Below, one piece after another: positions 18,523 through 28,369 of a stretch of 64,000 nucleotides of DNA. The notes beneath the pieces were generated by a model. The model had not been told where the DNA came from. It saw only the letters and a program-made list of their open reading frames with translations, and ran no database searches. The DNA is from an uncultured bacterium (lineage in GTDB: Bacteria > Arandabacterota > Arandabacteria > JAGLYR01), in NCBI GenBank assembly GCA_964610505.1, contig CAZSXU010000014.1, positions 4,652-68,651 on the forward strand. Direction: 5' to 3'. A program made the position numbers and the translations under genes. How positions within the stretch are numbered: position 1 is the stretch's first letter; each line of letters opens with the position of its first letter.

Positions 18523-19818
18523 TCAATCTCCACGACCGTCGACGACATCCTCCAGGTGTTTCTTCAGTCCTGCGAAGCGTTCCTCAAACTGGGGCGGAAT
18601 TCCCTGGGAGAGTGCCCGAGCCACCTGTGAGAGGGCTTCTTGGGGTTTGCCCCGGGCGGAGGTGATGAGGGCCAGGTAGTACGAGAAGGTAGCCATTGTC
18701 CCCGGGTCGCCGGGAAAACCGCAGGATTGACAGATCGAGTGGAGGGCGGCCTCGGCGTTGTCCAGGCTCCGCTCGTGCCGGAGGCAGAATTCCACGAAAG
18801 CCACGCGCCGCGCCGGGTTTCGGGAGTCGGTGGCGTAAGCGGCCTGGAAGGCCTTCTCGGCATTGTCCAAGTCGCCGGCCGCCTCGTGCGCGGTTGCGAA
18901 GAGATGCCACAGGTCGGGCGTGCCGTCGGGAATGGAGGTCCGCAGTTTCTCCAGCTCGGTCAGGGCTTTCTCGGGACGGTTGCGATGAATGTGGATCCCC
19001 GCCATGGACAGTCTCAGGGCGTATTCTCCCGCCGGGATCTCTTCGATTCCCGCGGCCAGGATCTCGAGGGCCTCGCGATCTTTGTTCTCGATCGAATCGA
19101 GGATGGCCCCCAGGGAGAGCCGGGCATCCTGTCGTCGCGGGTCGCGTTGGAGCGCTTTCTGATAGGCTCTGCGAGCTTCGGCGGAGCGCCCGGCCATTTC
19201 GAGCGCCTTACCCCATTGTTCGTAGGTGATGGCCGATTGGGGCCGCTCATGCGTGGCCCGCTCGAGTTCCTCGGCGGCCGTTTCGAAGTCTCCCTCGATC
19301 AGGCTCATGAATCCCTTCTGGAAGTGGGCGCCGTAGGACCGAGCCTCCTCGGCGTCTTCGGGTCCCAGGGTATGGAGTGCCTGTTCGAACTCGATGATCT
19401 CTTGCGTGACTTCTTCCTCCCGAAGCTCCTCCTGCATCTGTTCTTCGTACTGCTGGTGCGACGCCTGGATATCGGATTTGACCCGGGCCCCAATAGCGGC
19501 CTCCAGCTCTCGAAGCTGCTCGTCGTACTTCCCCGGGTGTTCACGGGCGAAGTTGTGGGCGATCTCCAGCTGCTCCCGGGCGACGTCGGGCTCGCCGTCC
19601 TCCAGATGCTCGCCGATGAGACGGACGAATTCCCGAATCACGCGGTCGTCGGCCTGTTCCATCTTTGCTTTGAGCCGCGGGGCGGCGTCGGGATCCTTCT
19701 TCTCGCACTTTCGGAGGGCGGACCGATAGGCTTGCGCGGCACCCGCGAAGTCCTCCTGCTCCAGCAACCGATCGCCCTTGGCTTCGAGCTTCTCAAATGA
19801 ACTTCCAAAGAGACCCAT
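18523..19818 (-). CDS. TPR repeat protein
   Basis: Start chosen at internal ATG 19818 (MGLFGSSFEKLE) with GGAGGG upstream. Repeated A-x-x-Y/F-x-x-A-L TPR helices. Confidence 0.65.
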   Translation of the reverse strand: MGLFGSSFEKLEAKGDRLLEQEDFAGAAQAYRSALRKCEKKDPDAAPRLKAKMEQADDRVIREFVRLIGEHLEDGEPDVAREQLEIAHNFAREHPGKYDEQLRELEAAIGARVKSDIQASHQQYEEQMQEELREEEVTQEIIEFEQALHTLGPEDAEEARSYGAHFQKGFMSLIEGDFETAAEELERATHERPQSAITYEQWGKALEMAGRSAEARRAYQKALQRDPRRQDARLSLGAILDSIENKDREALEILAAGIEEIPAGEYALRLSMAGIHIHRNRPEKALTELEKLRTSIPDGTPDLWHLFATAHEAAGDLDNAEKAFQAAYATDSRNPARRVAFVEFCLRHERSLDNAEAALHSICQSCGFPGDPGTMATFSYYLALITSARGKPQEALSQVARALSQGIPPQFEERFAGLKKHLEDVVDGRGD

Positions 19819-20102
19819 GAGAACCCTCCGTATGGATTTGCGTGATACGTAGATTCTAGTGTGCGAAGAAGGATCCGTAAATCGTAAATCGAGCGGGTTT
19901 GAGAATGAACGGCCGGGGGCTGCAAGGGGGTACCGTTTCGCAATCCGCTGCTGCATGCAGGCGTATTGGATACGGGATGAGGGATGGCGGGTGACGTCTC
20001 CGGGAACACTCCGTAATTGTCACGAGACCGTTGAACGCGTATGATGGGCGGGGAAGACATGGAGAGGAAGACCCGCAATCTCCCGTTTCAGCGTGACCGG
20101 CG

Positions 20103-20789
20103 ATGAGTGAGCGACCCAGCAGATTCGACTTCGGAGACTCGGCCGCTTCGTACGACGAGTGGTACGGCACAAGCCTCGGCCGCACCTATGATCTCTATGA
20201 AAAGCGAGCGATCGAACGAGTGCTTCCGGACCCGGCCACCGGGAATCGGTTGCTCGACATCGGCTGCGGGACCGGGCATTGGAGCGCCTTTTTCAGCCGG
20301 AGCGGCTTTGTCGTGAACGGGGTGGACGTCTCTCCGGAGATGATCGAGATTGCCCGCCGGAGGCGCATCCACAACGCATCCTTTGAGGTAGCCGACGCCC
20401 ACGCGCTTCCCCTTGAAGACGGGCGCTTTGACGTCACCGTGGCCATTACAGCCCTTGAGTTTGTTCGCAACGCCGAGGTGGTGGTTCGGGAAATGGCGCG
20501 CTGCACCCGTCGCCCCGGCGGGGTTCTGCTGGTCGGCGTGCTCAATGCGTTGGCCGCCGTCAACGTAGGGAGAAAGGCGGATGCGCGGCCGCCCTACGTG
20601 GATGCGCGGTTCTTCTCGCCGGAGGAGTTGAAAGCGCTCCTGGTTCCCTTTGGAAAGACCCGGGTCGCGGCTACCACGTTCGTCCCTCGCTCAGCGTGGG
20701 CCGTGCCGCTCGCTCCGCTTACGGATCTTCTAGGCCGCGTTTTCGGAACCCCGCACGGCGCGTTCGTCGTAGGGCAGGTCCTGCTATAG
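20103..20789 (+). CDS. Class I SAM-dependent methyltransferase
   Basis: Motif I LDIGCGTGHWS, Methyltransf_11-like layout. Confidence 0.8.
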   Translation: MSERPSRFDFGDSAASYDEWYGTSLGRTYDLYEKRAIERVLPDPATGNRLLDIGCGTGHWSAFFSRSGFVVNGVDVSPEMIEIARRRRIHNASFEVADAHALPLEDGRFDVTVAITALEFVRNAEVVVREMARCTRRPGGVLLVGVLNALAAVNVGRKADARPPYVDARFFSPEELKALLVPFGKTRVAATTFVPRSAWAVPLAPLTDLLGRVFGTPHGAFVVGQVLL

Positions 20790-20861
20790 GTTCTGCGCTT
20801 GACAGGCTTCCAACGCTCTTCTTCGGAATCGGCCGTCTACTCTCGAATTCCTTGTTTTCCC

Positions 20862-20901
20862 GCAGAGAGGGGTTCGGCTTCAGCCGAACCCCTCTCTCTG
20901 C
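20862..20901. terminator. Perfect 17-bp inverted repeat between convergent genes (putative bidirectional terminator)
   Basis: GCAGAGAGGGGTTCGGC-ttca-GCCGAACCCCTCTCTGC between the methyltransferase stop (20789) and the C25 peptidase stop (20920). The T-tract lies on the 5' side on the plus strand, so not a canonical intrinsic terminator. Confidence 0.4.
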
Positions 20902-20919
20902 TGGCAGGTCCATCAGCAC

Positions 20920-23900
20920 TTACTTCAACATGATCATCTTCTTGGTGAGGATCTTGCCGCCGGCCGTCAACCGGCAGAAATAGATGCCGGAAGATGCCTC
21001 CACCCCGCGGGTATCACGGCCCTCCCAGTGCGCGGCGTGGGTGCCGGCCTTGTACAGGCCGTCGGCCAGGGTTCTCACCAACCGCCCGTGAACGTCGTAG
21101 ACCGAGAGGTTCACGGCCGTGTCCTCGGGCAGTGCGAAGACGATCTCGGTTACCGGATTGAATGGGTTGGGCGAGTTCTGCGAAAGCGCCACTTCCGTGG
21201 GGTGCCGCCTTGTCCGATCCGCCACGTCGGTGGCATCGGTGATGGTGAAGTCGGCATCGCTCATGTCGCTCGCCGAGTTGCCGCCCCCGTCCCAGGCGTC
21301 GATCCGAATTCGGCACGTGGTCGCATCCACGTCCACCACCGGCCAGACGTACACGGAGTCGTTGACCTCTCCCATCGCCAGGGTGTCCGGGAAAGTGAGA
21401 CCGCTGTCATAGGACAGGAAGATGTTGACGGCGGTCACGCCCTCATTGTCCTCGGCATGCCAGAGGATCGGGTAGTCCGTCGTGCTCTCCAGCTCCTCGC
21501 CGCCGTTGGGATCGAGTACAACCACCGTGGGCGGCTCGGTGTCGCCGGGAAGCGGACACGCGAGGATCTGAAAGTCGTCCACACCCGCCTCCACGATGGA
21601 TCCCCCGCCGGCGTCCTCGGCCACGAAGCGGACCAGAACCTGCGTCGTGAGGTCCACGTAATCTCCGATGTTGAATTGCTGGAAAGCCCAGCTGCGATTC
21701 GAGACATTCGTCGTCTCCAGATTCTCCCAGCTGCCCCCTCCGTCATCGGAAATGTCCACCTTCCATACGTCCGTGCCGGGCTCGCTGCCCGTGTCGTTGG
21801 TGTACCAGCGATAGTAGGATACCAGAGCGCTCGAGTAATCGGAGAGGTCGATCGTGGGCGAGAAGAGCGTGGTCTTGCCGCCGTCGACGTCGTTGTCGCC
21901 CTGAGCTGCGCCCACAGGGGATTGCCCGGTGATGTAACACTGAGTTCCGGGAGCGACCGTGTGGTCGTCCTCCGGCTGGACCTGGTGGGTGCCGTCGTTG
22001 GTGCCGTTGGGATCGCACCGTTCCCAGATCCCGGTCGTGGCGCCGTCGTCACCGGCGCCGACCGTCCACCCCAAATCCGACTCGAGGTCATCGGCGAAGG
22101 CGGCCGTGTAGGTGATCTGGAAGTCGTGGTACGCCCCGGGAGCCAGATTCGGATCCGTCTCCCGATTGTGGGCGGTGTCGACGGCCAGGATGTAGTAGCT
22201 CACCACGGTTCCGCAGGTTTGTGCCGGGATGTCGGCGCGATACTCGTCGGGTGTTCCCGTACTCCACATCTGGATCGGTTCCCAGTCGCCGAAGGTCTTG
22301 AAGACGACGAAGAGAGAATCCGGATCCAGCGGCGCGGCCGTCGTCGTGATCTGGGCGACGACCGGGTATGGATGTGTAGCATCGCCCGTATCGGCCAGCG
22401 GTGTGTGGGTGATGAAAATCACCGGCGGCTGCTCGGGAGTGGCGCTCACCTCGTTCGAAAAGATACTGGGGTTGCCGTCGGTGTCCACGGCCTTGATGCG
22501 GTAGTGGTACGTGCTGTCGTTCTGGACGGCCGGGTCGAGGTACGTCGTGTCCGGGGCGTACACGACGTCCAGGGAATCGGTGGGTTCGGGTGCACGGTCC
22601 CGGAAGATGATGTAGTACGACAGGTTCGGCTCCGTGTTTGCGTCCCAGCTCAGAACCACCTCGGCATCGCCCGGTTCGGCCGTGAGGCCGGTTGGTTTGG
22701 AGGGACCGGAGCCGCCCACCGTCAACGTCGTGATATAGGGACTCTTGTTGTAGGCCGTCACCGTAAGAGTCGCGGTTTCTTCGGACAGGGTGCCCACGAT
22801 GGGAATGTCCACGTACCCGGAGGCGTTGGTGAAACCGTGGCCGTGATACTCTCCATCGCAGCAAGAGATCGCGCACCGGGCTCCCTCAATGCCCACGACG
22901 GTCACGGCAAACGTCGTTGCCTCGGGATCGATCGCCTCGTCGTGGTTCACGCTCATGGTCGCGGGCGTATCCGTCCGGACGGCCAGAGAGGGGTCGCCGA
23001 ACACGGTCCAGTACAGGAACTCGCCTTCCCCAAAGGACCCGTACTCGTCCATCATCTGGCAGGAACCGTTGAAACACAGGGCTCCGAACGTACGCTTCTC
23101 GTCGGCCACCAGGAGATCCACGCATTCGTCCTGTGCGCACATGGGCGGGTCCCAGGACTGGGAGATCGTGGATCCGTAGAACCCGATGGCGCCGGTCGGA
23201 ACGGATCCGTTGGTTGCCCTGAGCCACGACTCGGCGAAGCAGGTGTAACCGTCGAATTCGCCCACGTTGCAGGCCACGCTGAAGATGAACGGGAGCATAT
23301 CATGGTTGGTGAGGGCGTTGACGTGAGAGACGGAAAACCCGGTCGTGCTCCACCCCGTGACGCCGCCATGGCCGCAGTACGTGCCGATGCTCCGTCCGCC
23401 GTTGACGGCGATCGTGACCGACGACGACGATGCGCCCGGGTCGTAGATCTGATCGACTTCCGTGTACGTGTAGGCCAGGAGGTCGGCGCGAATGTTGTCG
23501 ATGTGCTCCCAATCATCCTCGCCGTCGTCACCGGGCCCCTCGGCGGAACCGATCCCGAATCCCTTGTGGTACCAGGAGGCCCCGGGCTGGGGGTCCCGCT
23601 CGTACTCCACCGTTCGCTCCACCTGGGTGTCCAGCTGCCCCGTGTTCTCCGCCGAGAACCGGCCGATCAAAATCTCGGGGTAGTTGTCGGACCCGGTAAT
23701 CAGGGAGTAGGAGGGATCCGAGGCGGCGGAACTCACGATCGGAGTGGGGCATTCGAGGTAGTCGCCCACCAACAGGACGTAGACCAGTTCTCCGCCGGAT
23801 GCATTGTACGCGTTGGTGATGTAGGTATCGATGGCGGAGGCCGATCCGCCGGCCTGGGTGACGGTGACCATCTCGGTCTCGAGGCCCATCTGGTTTTTCC

Positions 23901-24672
23901 AATCGACCAGAGGTTGCACGTTGGAGGTCCAGGCATCGTAGCAGATAACGAGCATCGTGCCTTCTTCGTCGACGGACGCGTAGCGATTCGGGTCATGATT
24001 GATGAAGTGCTCGCTATAGACCTGGTTGAAATCCCGCGTGAGCGTCTGTAGAGAATGAAGGCGTTCCAGCTCGTTCACGCCGGCGGAAAACGCCGGCCGA
24101 ACCTCGACGACTACATGCGTGTACACGCGAAGCGTCTGAGTTGCCGGGTTGTACTGGAAGGGATTCAGGACCACGACGGCGCCGCGAAAGTCTCTGAAAA
24201 TGTAAGGATCTCGATGGGTCGCGACCTCGGCCGGATACCAGGCATCGGTTTCGTAAAACGGATCGAAGGTGTAGGGAACGTCCTCCGGGTTCACGGTGCG
24301 CAGAAGGTTGCCCTTTGAGGGAGTGACGAGAACTCCGGAGATCTCGCGGTATGCGGACTCGAGAATCCGAAGATCGAGGCCTCCCGCATCGGCGAGAATT
24401 ACGCTTCGGCAGATGTTGGGAAGTTCGGGAAACCCGGCGGTGAGGTCCTTGCTCTCTCCTCCCAGGCCGATCCTATGGTAGGTCTCCCCGTCGATTTCGA
24501 CCGGAGTACGATCGAACCCGTTCACGCGGTACTCGATCACCGTATTGCCGATGTCGGCCCGAAGAACCTCCACGGAGAACGGCAGGGGTCCCTGTCCGAT
24601 CTCGATCCAGTCGGCCAGCGCCGGGGTCGCCGTGAATCCCGCCATGATGAGCACCACTAGCGCATTCCGCAT
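20920..24672 (-). CDS. C25 (gingipain-like) cysteine peptidase with C-terminal T9SS-type sorting domain
   Basis: Signal peptide MRNALVVLIMAGFTATPALA; catalytic-region motifs (YCGHGG, FSVACNVGEF); C-terminal ~80 aa (SPNPFNPVTEIVFALPEDTAVNLSVYDVHGRLVRTL...SGIYFCRLTAGGKILTKKMIMLK) match the Por-secretion/FlgD-Ig-like tail by recall. SD GAGGAGAGG before the ATG. Confidence 0.7.
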   Translation of the reverse strand: MRNALVVLIMAGFTATPALADWIEIGQGPLPFSVEVLRADIGNTVIEYRVNGFDRTPVEIDGETYHRIGLGGESKDLTAGFPELPNICRSVILADAGGLDLRILESAYREISGVLVTPSKGNLLRTVNPEDVPYTFDPFYETDAWYPAEVATHRDPYIFRDFRGAVVVLNPFQYNPATQTLRVYTHVVVEVRPAFSAGVNELERLHSLQTLTRDFNQVYSEHFINHDPNRYASVDEEGTMLVICYDAWTSNVQPLVDWKNQMGLETEMVTVTQAGGSASAIDTYITNAYNASGGELVYVLLVGDYLECPTPIVSSAASDPSYSLITGSDNYPEILIGRFSAENTGQLDTQVERTVEYERDPQPGASWYHKGFGIGSAEGPGDDGEDDWEHIDNIRADLLAYTYTEVDQIYDPGASSSSVTIAVNGGRSIGTYCGHGGVTGWSTTGFSVSHVNALTNHDMLPFIFSVACNVGEFDGYTCFAESWLRATNGSVPTGAIGFYGSTISQSWDPPMCAQDECVDLLVADEKRTFGALCFNGSCQMMDEYGSFGEGEFLYWTVFGDPSLAVRTDTPATMSVNHDEAIDPEATTFAVTVVGIEGARCAISCCDGEYHGHGFTNASGYVDIPIVGTLSEETATLTVTAYNKSPYITTLTVGGSGPSKPTGLTAEPGDAEVVLSWDANTEPNLSYYIIFRDRAPEPTDSLDVVYAPDTTYLDPAVQNDSTYHYRIKAVDTDGNPSIFSNEVSATPEQPPVIFITHTPLADTGDATHPYPVVAQITTTAAPLDPDSLFVVFKTFGDWEPIQMWSTGTPDEYRADIPAQTCGTVVSYYILAVDTAHNRETDPNLAPGAYHDFQITYTAAFADDLESDLGWTVGAGDDGATTGIWERCDPNGTNDGTHQVQPEDDHTVAPGTQCYITGQSPVGAAQGDNDVDGGKTTLFSPTIDLSDYSSALVSYYRWYTNDTGSEPGTDVWKVDISDDGGGSWENLETTNVSNRSWAFQQFNIGDYVDLTTQVLVRFVAEDAGGGSIVEAGVDDFQILACPLPGDTEPPTVVVLDPNGGEELESTTDYPILWHAEDNEGVTAVNIFLSYDSGLTFPDTLAMGEVNDSVYVWPVVDVDATTCRIRIDAWDGGGNSASDMSDADFTITDATDVADRTRRHPTEVALSQNSPNPFNPVTEIVFALPEDTAVNLSVYDVHGRLVRTLADGLYKAGTHAAHWEGRDTRGVEASSGIYFCRLTAGGKILTKKMIMLK

Positions 24673-24888
24673 GAGCCTCTCCTCGGGTGAGTTCTACCAG
24701 AAAATACTGCGAACCGGGCGCGGCCATTCGTCGGCCGAGCACGGTCAACGTTCGGCAGAGGGTTTGAGTGTACCCGCAATTCATCACAAAACTATCACGC
24801 GATGCGGCTTCCCTCGCGTTCCATTGCCTTCGCTGTTTGATTCTCGCGCCTGGAACGCTCATCGCAACCGTCTGCTGCAGGCGCTGCA

Positions 24889-24920
24889 CAATAGAAAAGG
24901 GCGGACCCGGAAGGCCGCCC
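24889..24920 (-). terminator. Putative intrinsic terminator of the polysaccharide operon
   Basis: Minus-strand reading: GGGCGG..(loop)..CCGCCC stem followed by TTTTCTATTG, about 190 nt downstream of the sulfatase-fold gene stop. Confidence 0.5.
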
Positions 24921-25040
24921 CTGAATTCGATATGATTATGCCACATTCGGCCGGAGAAGTCAATCGGGAAACCCGACAAGGGCAACCACGGATTTCACGG
25001 ATTCCAGAGAGCCATCTTTCCTGCAAGGTGACGAAGATGG

Positions 25041-25100
25041 GGCAAAGAACCGAAAGCCGAGAGCCGAAAGCCGGAACCCCCATGCCCCGGGCCGGCCGCG
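25041..25100. repeat. Copy A of a degenerate repeated element (AAAGCCGAGAGCC ... CGGGCCGGCCGCG)
   Basis: Shares AAAGCCGAGAGCC and CGGGCCGGCCGCG blocks with 35118..35159 and GCCGAAAGCCGG-N2-CCCCC-N-TGCCCC with 35341..35367. Confidence 0.6.
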
Positions 25101-25112
25101 CAGAGAGCGAGA

Positions 25113-27101
25113 TCACTGAAGGTATCCCAACGACCGGAGTCTTTCGGTCGTCCGTCCGTCGAGGTCCGTCGGCGTGGCCGACGAGGCGGGCACGGTGCCG
25201 GAGGCCTTTCGCCAGGCTGAGAGGATTTCGATCAGCTCCTCCGTCCGGTGCGGTTCGGTGGACACCCGGTTGACGAGTTCTCCGGGGTCATCGGCGAGGT
25301 CGTAAAGGTGGTGGACTTCTCCCCCGATTTGAATGAGCTTCCAGGCGCCGTCGAAGACGGCCGCCTGCTCTCGGCCCAGGTCCGGATTCCTCTTCACAAG
25401 ATCCGGTTCGGGATGCAGTTCGGCAAAACAGCGTCGATGGGTGAGCGAGTCGATGGGCCCCGGTCCCGTCCACAGGCGCGCGAGGCTCTTGCCCTCCGTC
25501 TCTTCGGGAGGATCCAGGCCGAGAATCTCCAGGACGGTGGGAACGATGTCGATGGTCTGGACCCGAGTATCGACGCGAACGTTGCCGGGAACGCCCGGAC
25601 CGGAGATGAGCAGAGGGACCCGAAGGGTCGGATTGTACAGAGATCCGCGGTGCCCCATCCGCCCGTGCTCTCCGAAGGACTCGCCGTGGTCGCCGGTTAC
25701 CACGACCAGCATCTCTCGCTCGGTTTCGCGCCCCTCCAGGGATCGGAGCAGGCGGTCCATGACGGTGTCCAGATAGAGCAGCTCTCCGTCGTAGAGATCG
25801 GTGATGTAGCGAAGGTCCCGAGTGGAAAGGCCGGCTTCGTCGGCCAGAATGAAGTCATCATGGGAAGCCGGGTTTCGTAGAGGGCCCGAGTACTCGGGGT
25901 TCGACAGGAACGCTCTTCGGAATTCCCCCGGGGGGTCGTACGGAGCGTGGGGGTCGTTGAAATTCACCAGCAGAAAATACGGACGGGTCTCCAGTCCGTC
26001 GATCCAGCGAAGGACCGATTCGGCCGTGTTCTGCGCGCGTCTCTCGGCGTATTCCGAACGGAAGAGAAACGACAAACCGACCTTGCTGGCGATCCTCCAG
26101 AGAGATGTCTTGCGGATCCAGGAATCCAGCTCGTCGTCGTAGACGTCGAAACCCTGATCCAGATTGAAGATCTTCGACAAGAACGGATTGCTCACGAAGG
26201 CGCCGGTTGCGTACCCGTTACCGGCCAGGGTCTCGGGCAGAGACACGTTCTCGTTCTCCAGCTTCCAGTGCTGCCAATGGGCTCCGTGACTCCGGGGAAA
26301 GCGACCGGTGAGAATGGACGCGTGGCCGGGCAGGGTCCAGGGTGACGGGGACACCGCGTCTTCGAACGTCACCCCCCGGGCGGCCAGGGTCTCCAGGAAA
26401 GGCGTCGTCCGGCGCTCGTAGCCGCAGCAGGAGAGGTGGTCGGCGCGGGTCGTGTCCATCACCCAAAGAAGAACGTTGGGAAGCAGAGGACTCCCACGTG
26501 CCGGTGGAAGGGGAGGCGTGTCCGAAGGCCCCGGCGCTCTCATTAGAAGGGGAGGAAGAAAGGACATCCCCAGGACCACCAGGACCGACATTCCCCCAAC
26601 GGCCATGCACGGGCGTACGGCGGGTCCGCTCCCGCGGGAGATTCCCGGGAAGAGGACTCGCAGGATCCGTCGCCAGAGGGGAAACAGTGCGGCGGATCCG
26701 AGCGCCAGTCCCGCTGTGGCCGCCAGGCTCACCCCCGCCAGTAGATCCGTGCCCGGAAGAAGAGAAACATGGACGTACGTGGCCAGGGGAAGGAAAACGA
26801 GCAGACTCAGAAGAGCGGCTCCGGCGTCTTCCGGCCGCGGCGCACGTCCCAGGCGCCCGAGGCCCGCGGCGTAGACAGGGCCCCAGAGAAGACCCAGGAG
26901 GCTTCCCAGCCCGGCATGAACGAGAAACGCCCAGAGCACGATGGGGGTCCGGGCGGGCCAGTGGATGAGATCCACCACGATGGAAACGCCTTGAAGGAGG
27001 CCCAGTCCGCCCCCTGCCGCCGCGCCGACGACAAGTCCCCACGCTGCGAACCGGGCCCGAGAGAACCGTGGCGCTTTCTCTCCGGGATTCAGCGCCCGCA
27101 C
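25113..27101 (-). CDS. Membrane-anchored sulfatase-fold (alkaline phosphatase superfamily) enzyme; probable phosphotransferase (EptA/LtaS-like) rather than true sulfatase
   Basis: N-terminal ~230 aa multi-TM region then sulfatase-like domain (PNVLLWVMDTTRADHL...ILTGRFP). By manual alignment to the arylsulfatase C-T-P-S-R signature, the formylglycine position is Thr (T-L-P-G-H). Start set near a GTG that overlaps the GT2 stop; the track ORF extends to 27233. Confidence 0.7.
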   Translation of the reverse strand: MRALNPGEKAPRFSRARFAAWGLVVGAAAGGGLGLLQGVSIVVDLIHWPARTPIVLWAFLVHAGLGSLLGLLWGPVYAAGLGRLGRAPRPEDAGAALLSLLVFLPLATYVHVSLLPGTDLLAGVSLAATAGLALGSAALFPLWRRILRVLFPGISRGSGPAVRPCMAVGGMSVLVVLGMSFLPPLLMRAPGPSDTPPLPPARGSPLLPNVLLWVMDTTRADHLSCCGYERRTTPFLETLAARGVTFEDAVSPSPWTLPGHASILTGRFPRSHGAHWQHWKLENENVSLPETLAGNGYATGAFVSNPFLSKIFNLDQGFDVYDDELDSWIRKTSLWRIASKVGLSFLFRSEYAERRAQNTAESVLRWIDGLETRPYFLLVNFNDPHAPYDPPGEFRRAFLSNPEYSGPLRNPASHDDFILADEAGLSTRDLRYITDLYDGELLYLDTVMDRLLRSLEGRETEREMLVVVTGDHGESFGEHGRMGHRGSLYNPTLRVPLLISGPGVPGNVRVDTRVQTIDIVPTVLEILGLDPPEETEGKSLARLWTGPGPIDSLTHRRCFAELHPEPDLVKRNPDLGREQAAVFDGAWKLIQIGGEVHHLYDLADDPGELVNRVSTEPHRTEELIEILSAWRKASGTVPASSATPTDLDGRTTERLRSLGYLQ

Positions 27102-28282
27102 GTGATTCTCCGCTCGTCCGCAGGTTGCTCCGGAATGCCGCCCGGTGCGGCGGGATCCGTCGACCCGCCGCCGGGATCCCCCCGCGGCGCCATCGGTCCG
27201 GGGACGGAGCTTTCGCTTCGCCTTCGGCTGCATTCTCGAACGAGCCCCCAGAACGATCCGATCGCAAAGGTAAGATTACCCATAAGAACGAAGACGGGCA
27301 CCGCGAGTCCCAACCGGGGCGAAACCCGAAAGGCCCTGGCCGAAAGCGGAGTGGAGAGAGCCAGCGAGGTGAGAACGAGACCCAGGCTCACCAGCCCCGC
27401 GAGTGGGAAGACCAGGGCCAGGGGAAGGAAGAGAAAGGCAAGGCCGAGGAGCAGAATCCCGGTTCTCCGGGACTGGGGAGTGCTCCTGTCCGTCGTGACC
27501 TTGTTCGGGTACCGGCGGTAGAGGGAAAACGCATACCTCGAGTACTCGAACTTCCTTCGCAGATAGATCCCCAGCGTCTCCGGATGGCGATGAAGGACAC
27601 GAGCGTCGGGAACGTAGATCATCCGGTGCCCGCCCTCCGCAAGCCGGAAGGACAACTCCACGTCCTCCAGCCGCCGGTAGCGCTCGTCGAACGGATGGTC
27701 GACAAGAAGCTGCCGCCGGAAGGCCGAGTTCCCCGATCCGACAAAGTCGGTCCGATCCCGCCCGGCCATTCGAGCATATCGCAGATCCAGCTCGAACTGA
27801 ACAAACCTCGCCATGACGGACTCTTGTTCCGAACTACACCGTCCCACCGTTCCTGCGAGCGTGGTGTCTTCCAGCAAAGGTCCCGTCAGTTTCCGCAGCC
27901 AATCCCGATCGGGGTCACAGTCCGCATCGATGAACGCGACAATGTCCCCTCTTGCCTCGAACACGCCTCGATTGCGGGCCCCGGCGGGTCCGTGTTTCTC
28001 CTGGCGGATAACACGGGCACCGAACGGGGATGCCGCATCGGAGACCCCTGCCGCGGAACCGTCATCCACGACCACGATTTCAAATTCTTCCGAAGGCACG
28101 GATTGGCGCCGGAGCGAGTGCAGACAGCGCACCAAGTCTTTCATCGCGTCTCGAACGGGAATGATGACGGAGATTCTCGGGTTCTGCGAAGTCACTGGGC
28201 CTCTCTCTCCCCTTCGGCGTCCGCTTCCGGCCGGTCTCGGCCTTTCCTCGAATAAGGTATCAGGTCCCGGCGGGCGGTACAA
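27089..28282 (-). CDS. Glycosyltransferase family 2
   Basis: ISVIIPVRDAM, VVVDDGSAAG, DADCDPDRDWL motifs; C-terminal TM helices. Confidence 0.8.
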   Translation of the reverse strand: MYRPPGPDTLFEERPRPAGSGRRRGERGPVTSQNPRISVIIPVRDAMKDLVRCLHSLRRQSVPSEEFEIVVVDDGSAAGVSDAASPFGARVIRQEKHGPAGARNRGVFEARGDIVAFIDADCDPDRDWLRKLTGPLLEDTTLAGTVGRCSSEQESVMARFVQFELDLRYARMAGRDRTDFVGSGNSAFRRQLLVDHPFDERYRRLEDVELSFRLAEGGHRMIYVPDARVLHRHPETLGIYLRRKFEYSRYAFSLYRRYPNKVTTDRSTPQSRRTGILLLGLAFLFLPLALVFPLAGLVSLGLVLTSLALSTPLSARAFRVSPRLGLAVPVFVLMGNLTFAIGSFWGLVRECSRRRSESSVPGPMAPRGDPGGGSTDPAAPGGIPEQPADERRITCGR

Positions 28283-28369
28283 CCCACAAGTGCGCCGGGC
28301 GCAAGTGCGCCGGGCGTCGATGCTCGGGTTCGCCGGCGGACGAAGGGCCCGACATTGAAAGTACAGAAC

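Noticed and set aside
21028-24051. 1007-aa ORF on the plus strand
   Set aside because: Lies antisense to the C25 peptidase gene, is Arg/Gly/Pro-rich with no recognisable motifs; typical shadow ORF in high-GC DNA.
26218-27521. ORFs 26218..27267 (-) and 26769..27521 (+) over the sulfatase-fold/GT2 junction
   Set aside because: Alternative frames of real genes; extreme Arg/Gly/Pro content.
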